Shown here piece by piece: positions 33,988 to 42,330 of a DNA stretch of 64,000 bases; the first letter of the stretch is position 1; each line of letters begins with the position of its first letter. The notes beneath the pieces were generated by a model. The model was not told the origin of the DNA. It ran no database searches and worked only from the letters and a program-made list of their open reading frames with translations. The position numbers and the translations under genes were made by a program. This DNA is from an uncultured Mycoplasmatota bacterium (GTDB lineage Bacteria > Bacillota_I > Bacilli_A > RF39 > UBA660): assembly GCA_947302655.1 (NCBI GenBank), contig CAMYVW010000001.1, positions 340,263-404,262 on the forward strand, read 5' to 3'.

Positions 33988-34765
33988 GTTACTTATATTA
34001 GTTCAAAACAAATCATTAATTAATAAAGTAAAGAAAGTAGATAAAGCTACTTTTCTTTTTCCACTTGAAGGTTATTCCGTTGGTTATCCCAACACCTTTA
34101 AATTAGATGAAATAGATGAGTTTGGTGCATATATCTTAGTTAATCGTCTTTTAGATGAATCATCAATTAATTCTTTCAAAGAATTAATTGATAATTTTCC
34201 CAAAAATATTAAAGGAATCGTTTTTGAAGATTTAGGTTTAATTGATTTAATTAAAGATTTAGACATAACAAAAATATTATGGCAAAGTCATTTAAACGCT
34301 AGTTATTTATCAATTAATGGGTTTTTAAAATATGTTGATAGTGTTATGATGTCAACTGATATAACAATTGATGAGATAAAATTAATATTAAGTAAAGCTG
34401 ATAAACCTCTTGTTCTACCTGTTTTAGGTTATATACCAGTTATGTATTCAAGAAGATACCTATTAAGTAATTTTAATATTAATTATAATGAAAATGTTTC
34501 AAATCCAAATACTATTAAAGAAGAAGTATTAAAAGATGAATTCAAAATATTTGAAAATGAATATGGAACAGTTTTATATTCAAATACTTTATATAATGGA
34601 AAAGTACTAATGGATTATGATGCATTATATTATTTTATTAATTCGGTATTTTTAAGTGATGAAGATATTATAAACTTCATTACAAATAATGAATTAAATG
34701 ATGAATATAATGATGGTTTTTTAAACAAAAAAACCATATATAAATTAAAGGATGGTGATAAGTAA
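33980..34765 (+). CDS. U32-family protein, short partner (YrrN/TrhP1-like)
   Basis: Between trmR and the U32 gene; PVMYSRRYLLSNF and GFLNKKTIYK tail; ATG 33980 overlaps the trmR end. Confidence 0.65.
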   Translation: MNKLLILVQNKSLINKVKKVDKATFLFPLEGYSVGYPNTFKLDEIDEFGAYILVNRLLDESSINSFKELIDNFPKNIKGIVFEDLGLIDLIKDLDITKILWQSHLNASYLSINGFLKYVDSVMMSTDITIDEIKLILSKADKPLVLPVLGYIPVMYSRRYLLSNFNINYNENVSNPNTIKEEVLKDEFKIFENEYGTVLYSNTLYNGKVLMDYDALYYFINSVFLSDEDIINFITNNELNDEYNDGFLNKKTIYKLKDGDK

Positions 34766-35958
34766 TGGTTGAATTACTTGCTCCAGCTGGAGATTTAGAA
34801 AGACTAAAACTAGCATTTCATTATGGAGCTGATGCTTGTTATATAGGCGGAAAAGACTATAGTTTAAGAGCTAATGCTAAAAACTTTAGTTTAGAAGATA
34901 TAAAAGAAGCTGTTGATTATGCCCATAATCTAAATAAAAAAGTTTATGTTACAGTTAATATTATTTTTCATAACGAAGATCTAGATGGTCTTATAAGATA
35001 TTTAAATGAATTATCAAAAATTAATGTAGATGCTGTTATAGTAAGTGATATTGCAGTAATCAATATTATTAATGAAAATGATATTGATTTAGAGGTACAT
35101 TTATCAACTCAAGCAAGTACCCTTAATTCATATGCTGCATCATTTTGGAAAAAACTTAATATAAAAAGAATTGTTTTAGCAAGAGAAGCATCTAAAGAAG
35201 ATATTAAAGCTATTAAAGAAAAAACCGGGCTTGATTTAGAAGTATTTATTCACGGAGCTATGTGTACATCATTTAGTGGTAGATGTGTTTTATCAAACTA
35301 TGCTACAAATAGAGACTCTAACAGAGGTGGATGTGCACAAGTATGTAGATGGATGTTTGATATAAATGGATCAGACAATACCTTTATGATGATGCCAAAA
35401 GATTTAAACATGGCATATTATTTAAAAGATTTAATTGATCTTGGTGTTAACTCATTTAAAGTTGAAGGAAGAATGAGATCTATTTATTATGTTGCATCTA
35501 TAATTATGACTTATAGAGACTTAATTGATAAAATTAATTCTAATACTTTATCAAAAGAAGATTTAGAATATAGCATTGCTATATTGAATCGAACAGCAAA
35601 TAGAGAATCTGCTCCGCAATTCTTTAATGGACTTCCAACATATAAAGAACAATACTATAATGGAAGAGAAGAACAATCTAATCAAGATTTTTTAGGTATT
35701 GTTTTAGATTATGATGAAGAAAATCAAATGGTTGTTATAGAGCAGAGAAATTTTTTTCAAAAAGGAGATAAAGTAGAGTTTATTGGTCCAAACTTGGAAA
35801 CTTTTACATATGAAATTAATAATATATATGATATAGATAATAATCTAATAGATGTTGCAAGGCATCCTAAAATGATTGTTAAAATACCACTATCTATTAA
35901 ACTAAATAAAGACGATATTATGCGTATAAAAGTGTTTGACAAAAATGACTTTATATAG
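34765..35958 (+). CDS. U32-family tRNA hydroxylation protein (YrrO/TrhP2-like)
   Basis: ELLAPAG, GADACYIGG, HGAMCTSFSGRC, RGGCAQVCR, SFKVEGRMRS. Confidence 0.9.
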   Translation: MVELLAPAGDLERLKLAFHYGADACYIGGKDYSLRANAKNFSLEDIKEAVDYAHNLNKKVYVTVNIIFHNEDLDGLIRYLNELSKINVDAVIVSDIAVINIINENDIDLEVHLSTQASTLNSYAASFWKKLNIKRIVLAREASKEDIKAIKEKTGLDLEVFIHGAMCTSFSGRCVLSNYATNRDSNRGGCAQVCRWMFDINGSDNTFMMMPKDLNMAYYLKDLIDLGVNSFKVEGRMRSIYYVASIIMTYRDLIDKINSNTLSKEDLEYSIAILNRTANRESAPQFFNGLPTYKEQYYNGREEQSNQDFLGIVLDYDEENQMVVIEQRNFFQKGDKVEFIGPNLETFTYEINNIYDIDNNLIDVARHPKMIVKIPLSIKLNKDDIMRIKVFDKNDFI

Positions 35959-36004
35959 TATCCTTAAAAAGTATTTGATTTTTTAAAAAAGGAGTGTTGC
36001 TATT

Positions 36005-36472
36005 ATGGCAAGCGCAGAAAAAATTATGGTAACTGCTGAAGGTTACTTAGATTTAGAAAATGAATTAAATGAATTAAAAAATGAAAGAAGACCTCAAATT
36101 ATTCAAGCAATCAAAGAAGCTAGAGCATTAGGAGATTTATCTGAAAATGCTGATTATGATGCAGCAAGAGATGAACAAGCTCAAGTTGAATCTAGAATAA
36201 AAGAGTTAGAATATAAAATAGAACATTGTGAAATAATTGAAAACAAGAAGAAAAGTAATGTTTCTCTTGGTTCAAAAGTTGTTATTGCCTATGATGATGG
36301 TGAAGAAGAAGAATATATGATTGTTGGTTCGCTTGAAGCTGATCCATTCAATAATCGTATTTCAAATGAATCACCTATAGGTATTGCAGTAATGGGTAAA
36401 AAACAAGGTGAAACTGCTTCAGTTGAATCACCTAATGGTTCTTACACAATTACAATTAAAGAAATTAAATAA
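36005..36472 (+). CDS. greA: Transcription elongation factor GreA
   Basis: ARALGDLSENADYDAARDEQ, ISNESPIG. Confidence 0.97.
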   Translation: MASAEKIMVTAEGYLDLENELNELKNERRPQIIQAIKEARALGDLSENADYDAARDEQAQVESRIKELEYKIEHCEIIENKKKSNVSLGSKVVIAYDDGEEEEYMIVGSLEADPFNNRISNESPIGIAVMGKKQGETASVESPNGSYTITIKEIK

Positions 36473-36498
36473 TTATGTGCAGATGCACATAATTTTTT
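36471..36498 (+). terminator. Terminator after greA
   Basis: AATTATGTGCA-GA-TGCACATAATT plus T-tract. Confidence 0.8.
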
Positions 36499-36608
36499 AA
36501 TTTAATTATAATATAAGTCTTGTAAAGTATTATGAAACAAGGACAAATTAGTTGTTTTTATATTATAAATAGTATATAATACTTACGTATTTGAAAGGAA
36601 ATGTAATA

Positions 36609-37859
36609 ATGGCAAAAAATGTACATGAGATTGAAATAAAACTAGAAGGTAAAGATTGGGAAAAATATCTTGATAAAGCTTTCAAAAAGAAAAATAAAGA
36701 AGTAAAAATTGATGGATTTAGAAAAGGTACGGCTTCTAAAGAAATGTATATCAAAAAATTTGGTATTGAATCTCTTTATATGGATGCTGTAGATTCAGCT
36801 GTAGATGAAGCTTATAAAAAAGCTCTAGAAGAAAGTAAAGTAGTTCCAGTAGTAGAACCAAAACTTGATGTTAAATCAGTTGATAAAGATAAAGTAGAAT
36901 TTAAATTCACTATTATTTCTAAACCTGATGTTAAACTTGGTGAATATAAAAAATTAGGAGTTAAAAAAGCTACTGCTAAAGCAACAAAAAAAGAAATTGA
37001 TGAAGAAATAGATGCATTAAGAAGTCAAATGGCTGAAATTGTTGTTAAAGAAAAAGGAACAGTTGAAGAAAAAGATACTGCAGTAATTGACTTCAAAGGT
37101 TACGTTGACGGAAAAGAATTAGAAGGTGGAACTGGAGCTAACTTCCCACTTGAAATTGGAAGTCATTCATTTATTCCTGGTTTTGAAGAAGGATTAATCG
37201 GAATGAAATCTGGTGAAACCAAAACATTAGATTTAGAATTTCCTAAAGATTATGTTAAAGATCTTGCTGGTAAAAAAGTAAAATTTGATGTTACTGTTCA
37301 TGAAATCAAAACTCGTAAACTTCCTGAGATTAATGAAGATTTATATAAAGATCTTGGTTATGAAGATATGAAATCTGAAGAAGAGTTCAGAAAAGAAGTT
37401 GAAAAAGTTTTAATTGAAAGAAAACAAAAAGAATTAGATGATAAATTCTTAGATGAATGTTTAGAAAAAGCATCAAGTAACATGAAAGTTGATATCAATG
37501 ATGAAATCATTGATGATGAAATTCATAGAATGATTCATGATGTTGAACATAAACTTCAAATGCAAGGTTTAACAATTGAACAATATTACGAATTTACTGG
37601 CCTAACTCATGAAAAAATGCATGAACAAATGCATGATGAAGCAGTTAAAAGAGTTAAACTAAGATATTTAATTGAAGCTGTTGCAGATGCTGAAAAAGTA
37701 GATTTTACTAAAAAAGAAGTAGATGCTAAAGCAGAAGAAATGGCTAATAACTATGGAATTACAAAAGAAGAACTACTTAAAGCATATGGTTCTGATGAAG
37801 TAGTTAAATACGATATGAAAATGCATAGAGCATTAGAAATTATAAAAGAAAATAATTAA
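36609..37859 (+). CDS. tig: Trigger factor
   Basis: IDGFRKG, IDFKGYVDG..FIPGFEEGL FKBP domain; ATG 36609 after GAAAGGAAA. Confidence 0.97.
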   Translation: MAKNVHEIEIKLEGKDWEKYLDKAFKKKNKEVKIDGFRKGTASKEMYIKKFGIESLYMDAVDSAVDEAYKKALEESKVVPVVEPKLDVKSVDKDKVEFKFTIISKPDVKLGEYKKLGVKKATAKATKKEIDEEIDALRSQMAEIVVKEKGTVEEKDTAVIDFKGYVDGKELEGGTGANFPLEIGSHSFIPGFEEGLIGMKSGETKTLDLEFPKDYVKDLAGKKVKFDVTVHEIKTRKLPEINEDLYKDLGYEDMKSEEEFRKEVEKVLIERKQKELDDKFLDECLEKASSNMKVDINDEIIDDEIHRMIHDVEHKLQMQGLTIEQYYEFTGLTHEKMHEQMHDEAVKRVKLRYLIEAVADAEKVDFTKKEVDAKAEEMANNYGITKEELLKAYGSDEVVKYDMKMHRALEIIKENN

Positions 37860-37868
37860 TTTAAAAAG

Positions 37869-37891
37869 CTTCACATTATGTGAAGTTTTTT
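37869..37891 (+). terminator. Terminator after tig (repeat copy 1)
   Basis: CTTCAC-ATTAT-GTGAAG-TTTTTT. Confidence 0.8.
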
Positions 37892-37987
37892 ATTTACAAT
37901 CATAATTATATTTTTAATTTGCATTTTTATATAAGAATGTTATAATAAAACTATGAAAATAGTAAATAATAAGAAAGGTGTAAATAT

Positions 37988-38476
37988 ATGAAAAAAACAA
38001 ATAAAAAAGCAAAAAAATCTAATTTAGTTAAATACATAATTATTATTGTAGTAGCTGTTATATTAATTGTTGCTGGAGTACTATGTTATAAAAAATTCTC
38101 AAATAAAAAATATTTCGTTAAAAACACTTACTTTAAATGTATTCCTACAACTAATTTAGATGGTCCAATGCCATTTTATCTAAAGTATGATTCTAAGGGA
38201 AGATATGTAGAAATCTTATCTATGCCTATATTTGTTGATGCAGGTAAATATGAGAAAAAAGATGGCAAAATAGTTATGCATAACGAATACTATAAATCAC
38301 CATATAAAGACTATGCAACAAAATCTGAAAAAACATATGAATATGATTTTAAAGATGGTGTAATTGTATCTGATGGTTATAAGTGTTCTAAATCTAGTTC
38401 AAAAGATTTTAATGAATTAGCTAAAGACGCTGGAATTAAGTCATATGATGATATAAAAAAGATTGTTGAAAAATAA
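37988..38476 (+). CDS. Hypothetical membrane-anchored protein
   Basis: Basic N-terminus, one TM, Tyr/Lys-rich extracellular part; SD GAAAGGTG. Confidence 0.72.
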   Translation: MKKTNKKAKKSNLVKYIIIIVVAVILIVAGVLCYKKFSNKKYFVKNTYFKCIPTTNLDGPMPFYLKYDSKGRYVEILSMPIFVDAGKYEKKDGKIVMHNEYYKSPYKDYATKSEKTYEYDFKDGVIVSDGYKCSKSSSKDFNELAKDAGIKSYDDIKKIVEK

Positions 38477-38478
38477 GA

Positions 38479-38501
38479 CTTCACTATTAGTGAAGTTTTT
38501 T
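38479..38501 (+). terminator. Terminator (repeat copy 2)
   Basis: CTTCAC-TATTA-GTGAAG-TTTTTT; 19 of 23 nt identical to 37869-37891. Confidence 0.8.
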
Positions 38502-38580
38502 CAGTTGATAAGTATTTATTGACTAAATAAATGCTTTTAAGTATAATACAAACTTAATTGAAAGGGGATATATTTTAAAT

Positions 38581-38967
38581 ATGAACATTAGATATCATAG
38601 TGTATGGGATGAAAGTATTGAAAAATGTATTCTCGATACTAAAAATCTTCCATCAGACAAAGAGTTAAATCAATGTTTAGTAAGACACTATAATTTAGAT
38701 TATGATTTAAATAAATTACTAAATGCTAATGCTATTAGTAAAGAAAAATATGCAAAATATTTAAGACTTAATAATCAAATTCAACAGGCTGTGTGTGATG
38801 GTAAAATTGATGCTCCAGATGTATATCAAGAGTATTTGTTAAGATCATGGAATAAGATAATTAGTAACTCAACATATGAAGAGTTAAGAAACATATCAAA
38901 AAGAATTTTAACAACAATTAGTGAAGTAGATAATACTGAAGAAGAAAAGAAACAAAAAATATGTTAA
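38581..38967 (+). CDS. Hypothetical orphan protein
   Basis: Own promoter TTGACT-17-TATAAT (38519-38547), SD AAAGGGGA. Confidence 0.72.
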   Translation: MNIRYHSVWDESIEKCILDTKNLPSDKELNQCLVRHYNLDYDLNKLLNANAISKEKYAKYLRLNNQIQQAVCDGKIDAPDVYQEYLLRSWNKIISNSTYEELRNISKRILTTISEVDNTEEEKKQKIC

Positions 38968-39039
38968 CTAAAAAAAGTTGACATATTTTTTTGTTAGTGT
39001 TATATTTTAAACGAATCTGAATTGGAAAGGAGTGGAAAT

Positions 39040-39117
39040 ATGATTTTAGATTTAGTTAAAGTGGTTGAAAATAATAAAGTTGGAAAAGTTGTATTTCCAC
39101 TTAGTTTTCAAAAATAA
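39040..39117 (+). CDS. Putative 25-aa leader peptide MILDLVKVVENNKVGKVVFPLSFQK
   Basis: Promoter TTGACA-17-TATATT (38978-39006), strong SD GAAAGGAG, stop 42 nt before the ABC gene. Confidence 0.55.
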   Translation: MILDLVKVVENNKVGKVVFPLSFQK

Positions 39118-39159
39118 CTTTAAAAACACATTTTATATATAAATAAATATGGAGGAACT

Positions 39160-40893
39160 ATGAAGAGATTTAAAGAATTCATACCTCTGTGGAAGTTTAT
39201 TAAAGAAGATCGTAAAAGAATAATCTTTTTAATAAGTATTCTTTTTGCTGCGTCGTTATCACAATTATTTACGGGTTATTTAATTGGTTATGCTCTAGAA
39301 AGTATAACTAGGAAAAAATTAAATAAAGCAATTATAAGCTTGTTTTTATACTTTTTAAATAGTGCTTTGATAGATGACGGTCTTGGAGTATATACACGTA
39401 AAGAACTTGAAAAAGTTGAAAGTAAAATATCTAAAAAATTAAGTTATGAATCTTATAATAAAGTATTAAATCTTCCAGCAAATGCCTTTGAAGATATTAC
39501 ATCTGGTGAAATTATTAATAGAGTCTCACAAGATGCTAATTCTTTAACATTTGTTTTTGGAAGAGTTGTAAGAATTGTATCAGCAATAATTACAACATTT
39601 ATATTATTCTTTTACATTCTATATAATTCATATTTTATGGCAATAGAAATTATATTAATACTTGGTTTACTACTATTATTACTAAAAAAGTATAATCCAT
39701 TAATGAAAGAAGCACATAAAATAAGAAAAAGAAAACAAGATATTGAGACTTCTTTAGTAACTGAATCTGTAAGAGGTATTAGAGAAATTAAAACACTTGG
39801 TATTAAAAAATCCTTACTTAAAGAAGGAGATAAAAACACAAGTGAAATTGATAAAGGTAATATAAGAGAAATCAAATTAAATCGTGATTTTAATATTATA
39901 GGTGGTTTTTTAAGAACCTTAATGGAAGTAGGCGTTTTTTTAACTGGAGCTATTCAGTTATACTACGGGCAAATAAGTATAACATTTTTTATAGCTATGA
40001 CATACTACGTATATAGATATACATGGCTTATGGAAGAAATTAATAATTTTACTATAGAGTATCAAAAGTTAGTTGTTGCTTTATCAAGAGTAAATGATTT
40101 ACTTTTAAACCGTATATATAGTGATGTTTCTTATGGAAATAAAAATTTAAAAAATACCAAAGGAATCATAGAATTTAAAAATGTTGTATTTGGTTATCCA
40201 AATGAAAAAACGACCTTAAAAAACTTTAATTTAACTATTAGACCAAATAAAAAAATCGCTATTGTTGGTAAATCTGGTCAAGGAAAATCTACATTATTCA
40301 ATTTAATAACAAGAATTTTTGATGTAAATAAGGGTGAGATTTTACTTGATGGGATAAATATTAAAGATTTAAGTGAAAAAAGCTTAAATCAAAATATTTC
40401 AATAATAAGACAAGAACCTTTTATTTTTAATAGAACGATTAAAGAAAACTTTAAACTAATTGATGAAAATATCACAATTAATGAAATTAGAAAATATACA
40501 AAAATGGCATACCTAGATGATTATATAATGTCACTTCCTAAAAAATATAACACTATTTTAGGTGAAGGTGGGGTAAACTTATCTGGCGGCCAAAAACAAA
40601 GACTATCAATAGCAAGAACACTAGCTAAAAAAAGTAAAGTTGTTCTATTTGACGAAGCAACCTCAGCGCTTGATAATAACTCACAAGAATATATTAAAAA
40701 ATCAATAGATAATTTAGTTGTTGATCACACTGTTGTTATTGTTGCTCATCGTTTATCTACAATTATTGATGCAGATGAAATATATGTTGTAGATGATGGT
40801 AAGATTGTTGATAGTGGAACTCATGAAGAATTACTAAAAAAATCTAAAATATATAATGATTTATACTTATCTGAAGATTCAGATTCAAATTAA
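39160..40893 (+). CDS. ABC exporter, fused permease/ATPase (type IV, multidrug-like)
   Basis: TM domain, GKSGQGKST Walker A, LSGGQKQR, LFDEATSALD, IVAHRLST. Confidence 0.95.
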   Translation: MKRFKEFIPLWKFIKEDRKRIIFLISILFAASLSQLFTGYLIGYALESITRKKLNKAIISLFLYFLNSALIDDGLGVYTRKELEKVESKISKKLSYESYNKVLNLPANAFEDITSGEIINRVSQDANSLTFVFGRVVRIVSAIITTFILFFYILYNSYFMAIEIILILGLLLLLLKKYNPLMKEAHKIRKRKQDIETSLVTESVRGIREIKTLGIKKSLLKEGDKNTSEIDKGNIREIKLNRDFNIIGGFLRTLMEVGVFLTGAIQLYYGQISITFFIAMTYYVYRYTWLMEEINNFTIEYQKLVVALSRVNDLLLNRIYSDVSYGNKNLKNTKGIIEFKNVVFGYPNEKTTLKNFNLTIRPNKKIAIVGKSGQGKSTLFNLITRIFDVNKGEILLDGINIKDLSEKSLNQNISIIRQEPFIFNRTIKENFKLIDENITINEIRKYTKMAYLDDYIMSLPKKYNTILGEGGVNLSGGQKQRLSIARTLAKKSKVVLFDEATSALDNNSQEYIKKSIDNLVVDHTVVIVAHRLSTIIDADEIYVVDDGKIVDSGTHEELLKKSKIYNDLYLSEDSDSN

Positions 40894-40897
40894 TGCA

Positions 40898-40926
40898 ATA
40901 ACATTGACATAAAGTCAATATTATTG
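40898..40926. repeat. Inverted repeat containing TTGACA (terminator or operator)
   Basis: AATAACATTGAC-ATAAA-GTCAATATTATT, 11 of 12 arm positions match. Confidence 0.6.
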
Positions 40927-40941
40927 TATATAATTATTAAT

Positions 40942-40984
40942 GGGATGATCCCTGGCCTCTTGGCTGGGGGGCATCCTTTTTTTT
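40942..40984 (+). ncRNA. GC-rich hairpin plus U-tract; candidate small RNA or strong terminator
   Basis: GGATGATCCCTGGCC-TCTT-GGCTGGGGGGCATCC-T8; 14 of 15 positions pair including G-U; TATAAT 7 nt upstream. Confidence 0.45.
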
Positions 40985-41085
40985 AAATCATTAACATATA
41001 ATTTCGTAGCTAAAAAATCCATCTTATAATGTAAACATCCTTTGACGTAAATATTAATATATTGTATAATAAAACTGGTGATAAA

Positions 41086-42234
41086 ATGAATAATGACGTT
41101 CGTGAAAAAGTAAGAGAAGATGCTAAACGAATTAAAGAAGAAATTAACGGATTAACTGAGAAAAGTAAAATTCTTTGGCAAAAAATACAAGAAATTGAGG
41201 CTAGTATTGGGAAAGATAAACTTCAAGTAGATAATGTAAACGACTTTACTACTTATGATGTATTATCAAGTTATCCACAAGATGTACAATTAAAAATAAA
41301 TGAACTTAATGAGTTAAGTGAAAAAATCCACCTTATGTCGAGGAAAAGAATGGAGACTGATGATGATAATCTTGATTTGACTGAACAATATTACAAGATT
41401 GAAGATGAACTTCGTAAAAAAAGAGATATAATTAAAGAATCACTTAGAGGCGTTAAACTTTGGGCACTTGATAAGCCTCTTATTTATAAGATTTCACCTG
41501 ATTATCCACAAGAAGTACAGTTAAAAATTAAGGAATTCAACGAATTAATACAATTAAATTTTAAATTAGATAAAAATATATCACATTTGGAGGGATGCTT
41601 ATATCCATATAGTAGACTTTGTAAAATTGAGGATTTTGAAAAAAGGAAGGAACATCCATTAAGCGTAGATGAAATTTCATATGATAAACATCCATGGAAG
41701 TCTGGGTATGATGATGATGAATTAAAAGTTGCTACGGATCTATTTAATAAATATCCCATTATTTGCAATAGATACTCTGCTGTTAGCAGCGAACGAATTC
41801 CTCATATTGTCATTGCTTGCACTATTGATGATCCTGAACACACTAAAGGTGATAAATATGCAATTTTTGATGCTCAAACCGGGGAAGAAATATTCCCATT
41901 TACTGCAATTTCTGCCATTGATGGTCAAGCCGGGGTAGATATATTAAAAGATGGTTATGAGCATCTATTCAGACCTAGAACTGCTAAAGCCATTGGTGTT
42001 ACACCTAATCCATATCTTGAACAACAATATGATAAGGTTTTGTATGGTGCATATGCGGTTGTAATAAAGAATGGTAAATATGGATTATGTACAAAAGATA
42101 CTGGAGAAGTTGTTATTAAATGTGAATATGATCTTGTATCTTTGTTTAAAATTGCCGACGAAAAATATTATGAACTTAGAGATGAACTACGATATAGGAA
42201 TAAAAGCGATGAACCTGGTTCAAGACATTCATAG
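41086..42234 (+). CDS. Hypothetical protein with duplicated helical repeat and C-terminal WG-like repeat
   Basis: Promoter TTGACG-17-TATAAT from 41042; YPQDVQLKINELNEL / YPQEVQLKIKEFNEL repeat; KNGKYGLCTKDTGEVVIKCEYD. Confidence 0.72.
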   Translation: MNNDVREKVREDAKRIKEEINGLTEKSKILWQKIQEIEASIGKDKLQVDNVNDFTTYDVLSSYPQDVQLKINELNELSEKIHLMSRKRMETDDDNLDLTEQYYKIEDELRKKRDIIKESLRGVKLWALDKPLIYKISPDYPQEVQLKIKEFNELIQLNFKLDKNISHLEGCLYPYSRLCKIEDFEKRKEHPLSVDEISYDKHPWKSGYDDDELKVATDLFNKYPIICNRYSAVSSERIPHIVIACTIDDPEHTKGDKYAIFDAQTGEEIFPFTAISAIDGQAGVDILKDGYEHLFRPRTAKAIGVTPNPYLEQQYDKVLYGAYAVVIKNGKYGLCTKDTGEVVIKCEYDLVSLFKIADEKYYELRDELRYRNKSDEPGSRHS

Positions 42235-42254
42235 TAATCAATGATTATTAAAAG

Positions 42255-42290
42255 AAAAGTTGAAGATTTTTTCTTCAACTTTTTATTTTT
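42255..42290 (+). terminator. Intrinsic terminator
   Basis: AAAAGTTGAAGA-TTTTT-TCTTCAACTTTT plus T-tract. Confidence 0.8.
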
Positions 42291-42330
42291 TTTGTTATAA
42301 TAAATTATTAGAAGTTAAGAGGAAAGTAAT

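Noticed and set aside
36532-36579. 15-codon ORF MKQGQISCFYIINSI upstream of tig
   Set aside because: No Shine-Dalgarno, and it overlaps the likely tig promoter region.
40942-40984. GC hairpin as tRNA, SRP RNA, 16S 3' remnant or pyrG-type attenuator
   Set aside because: Too short for a cloverleaf, no SRP GGAA/CAGG motif, only patchy similarity to the 16S tail, and the downstream gene is not pyrG and has its own promoter.
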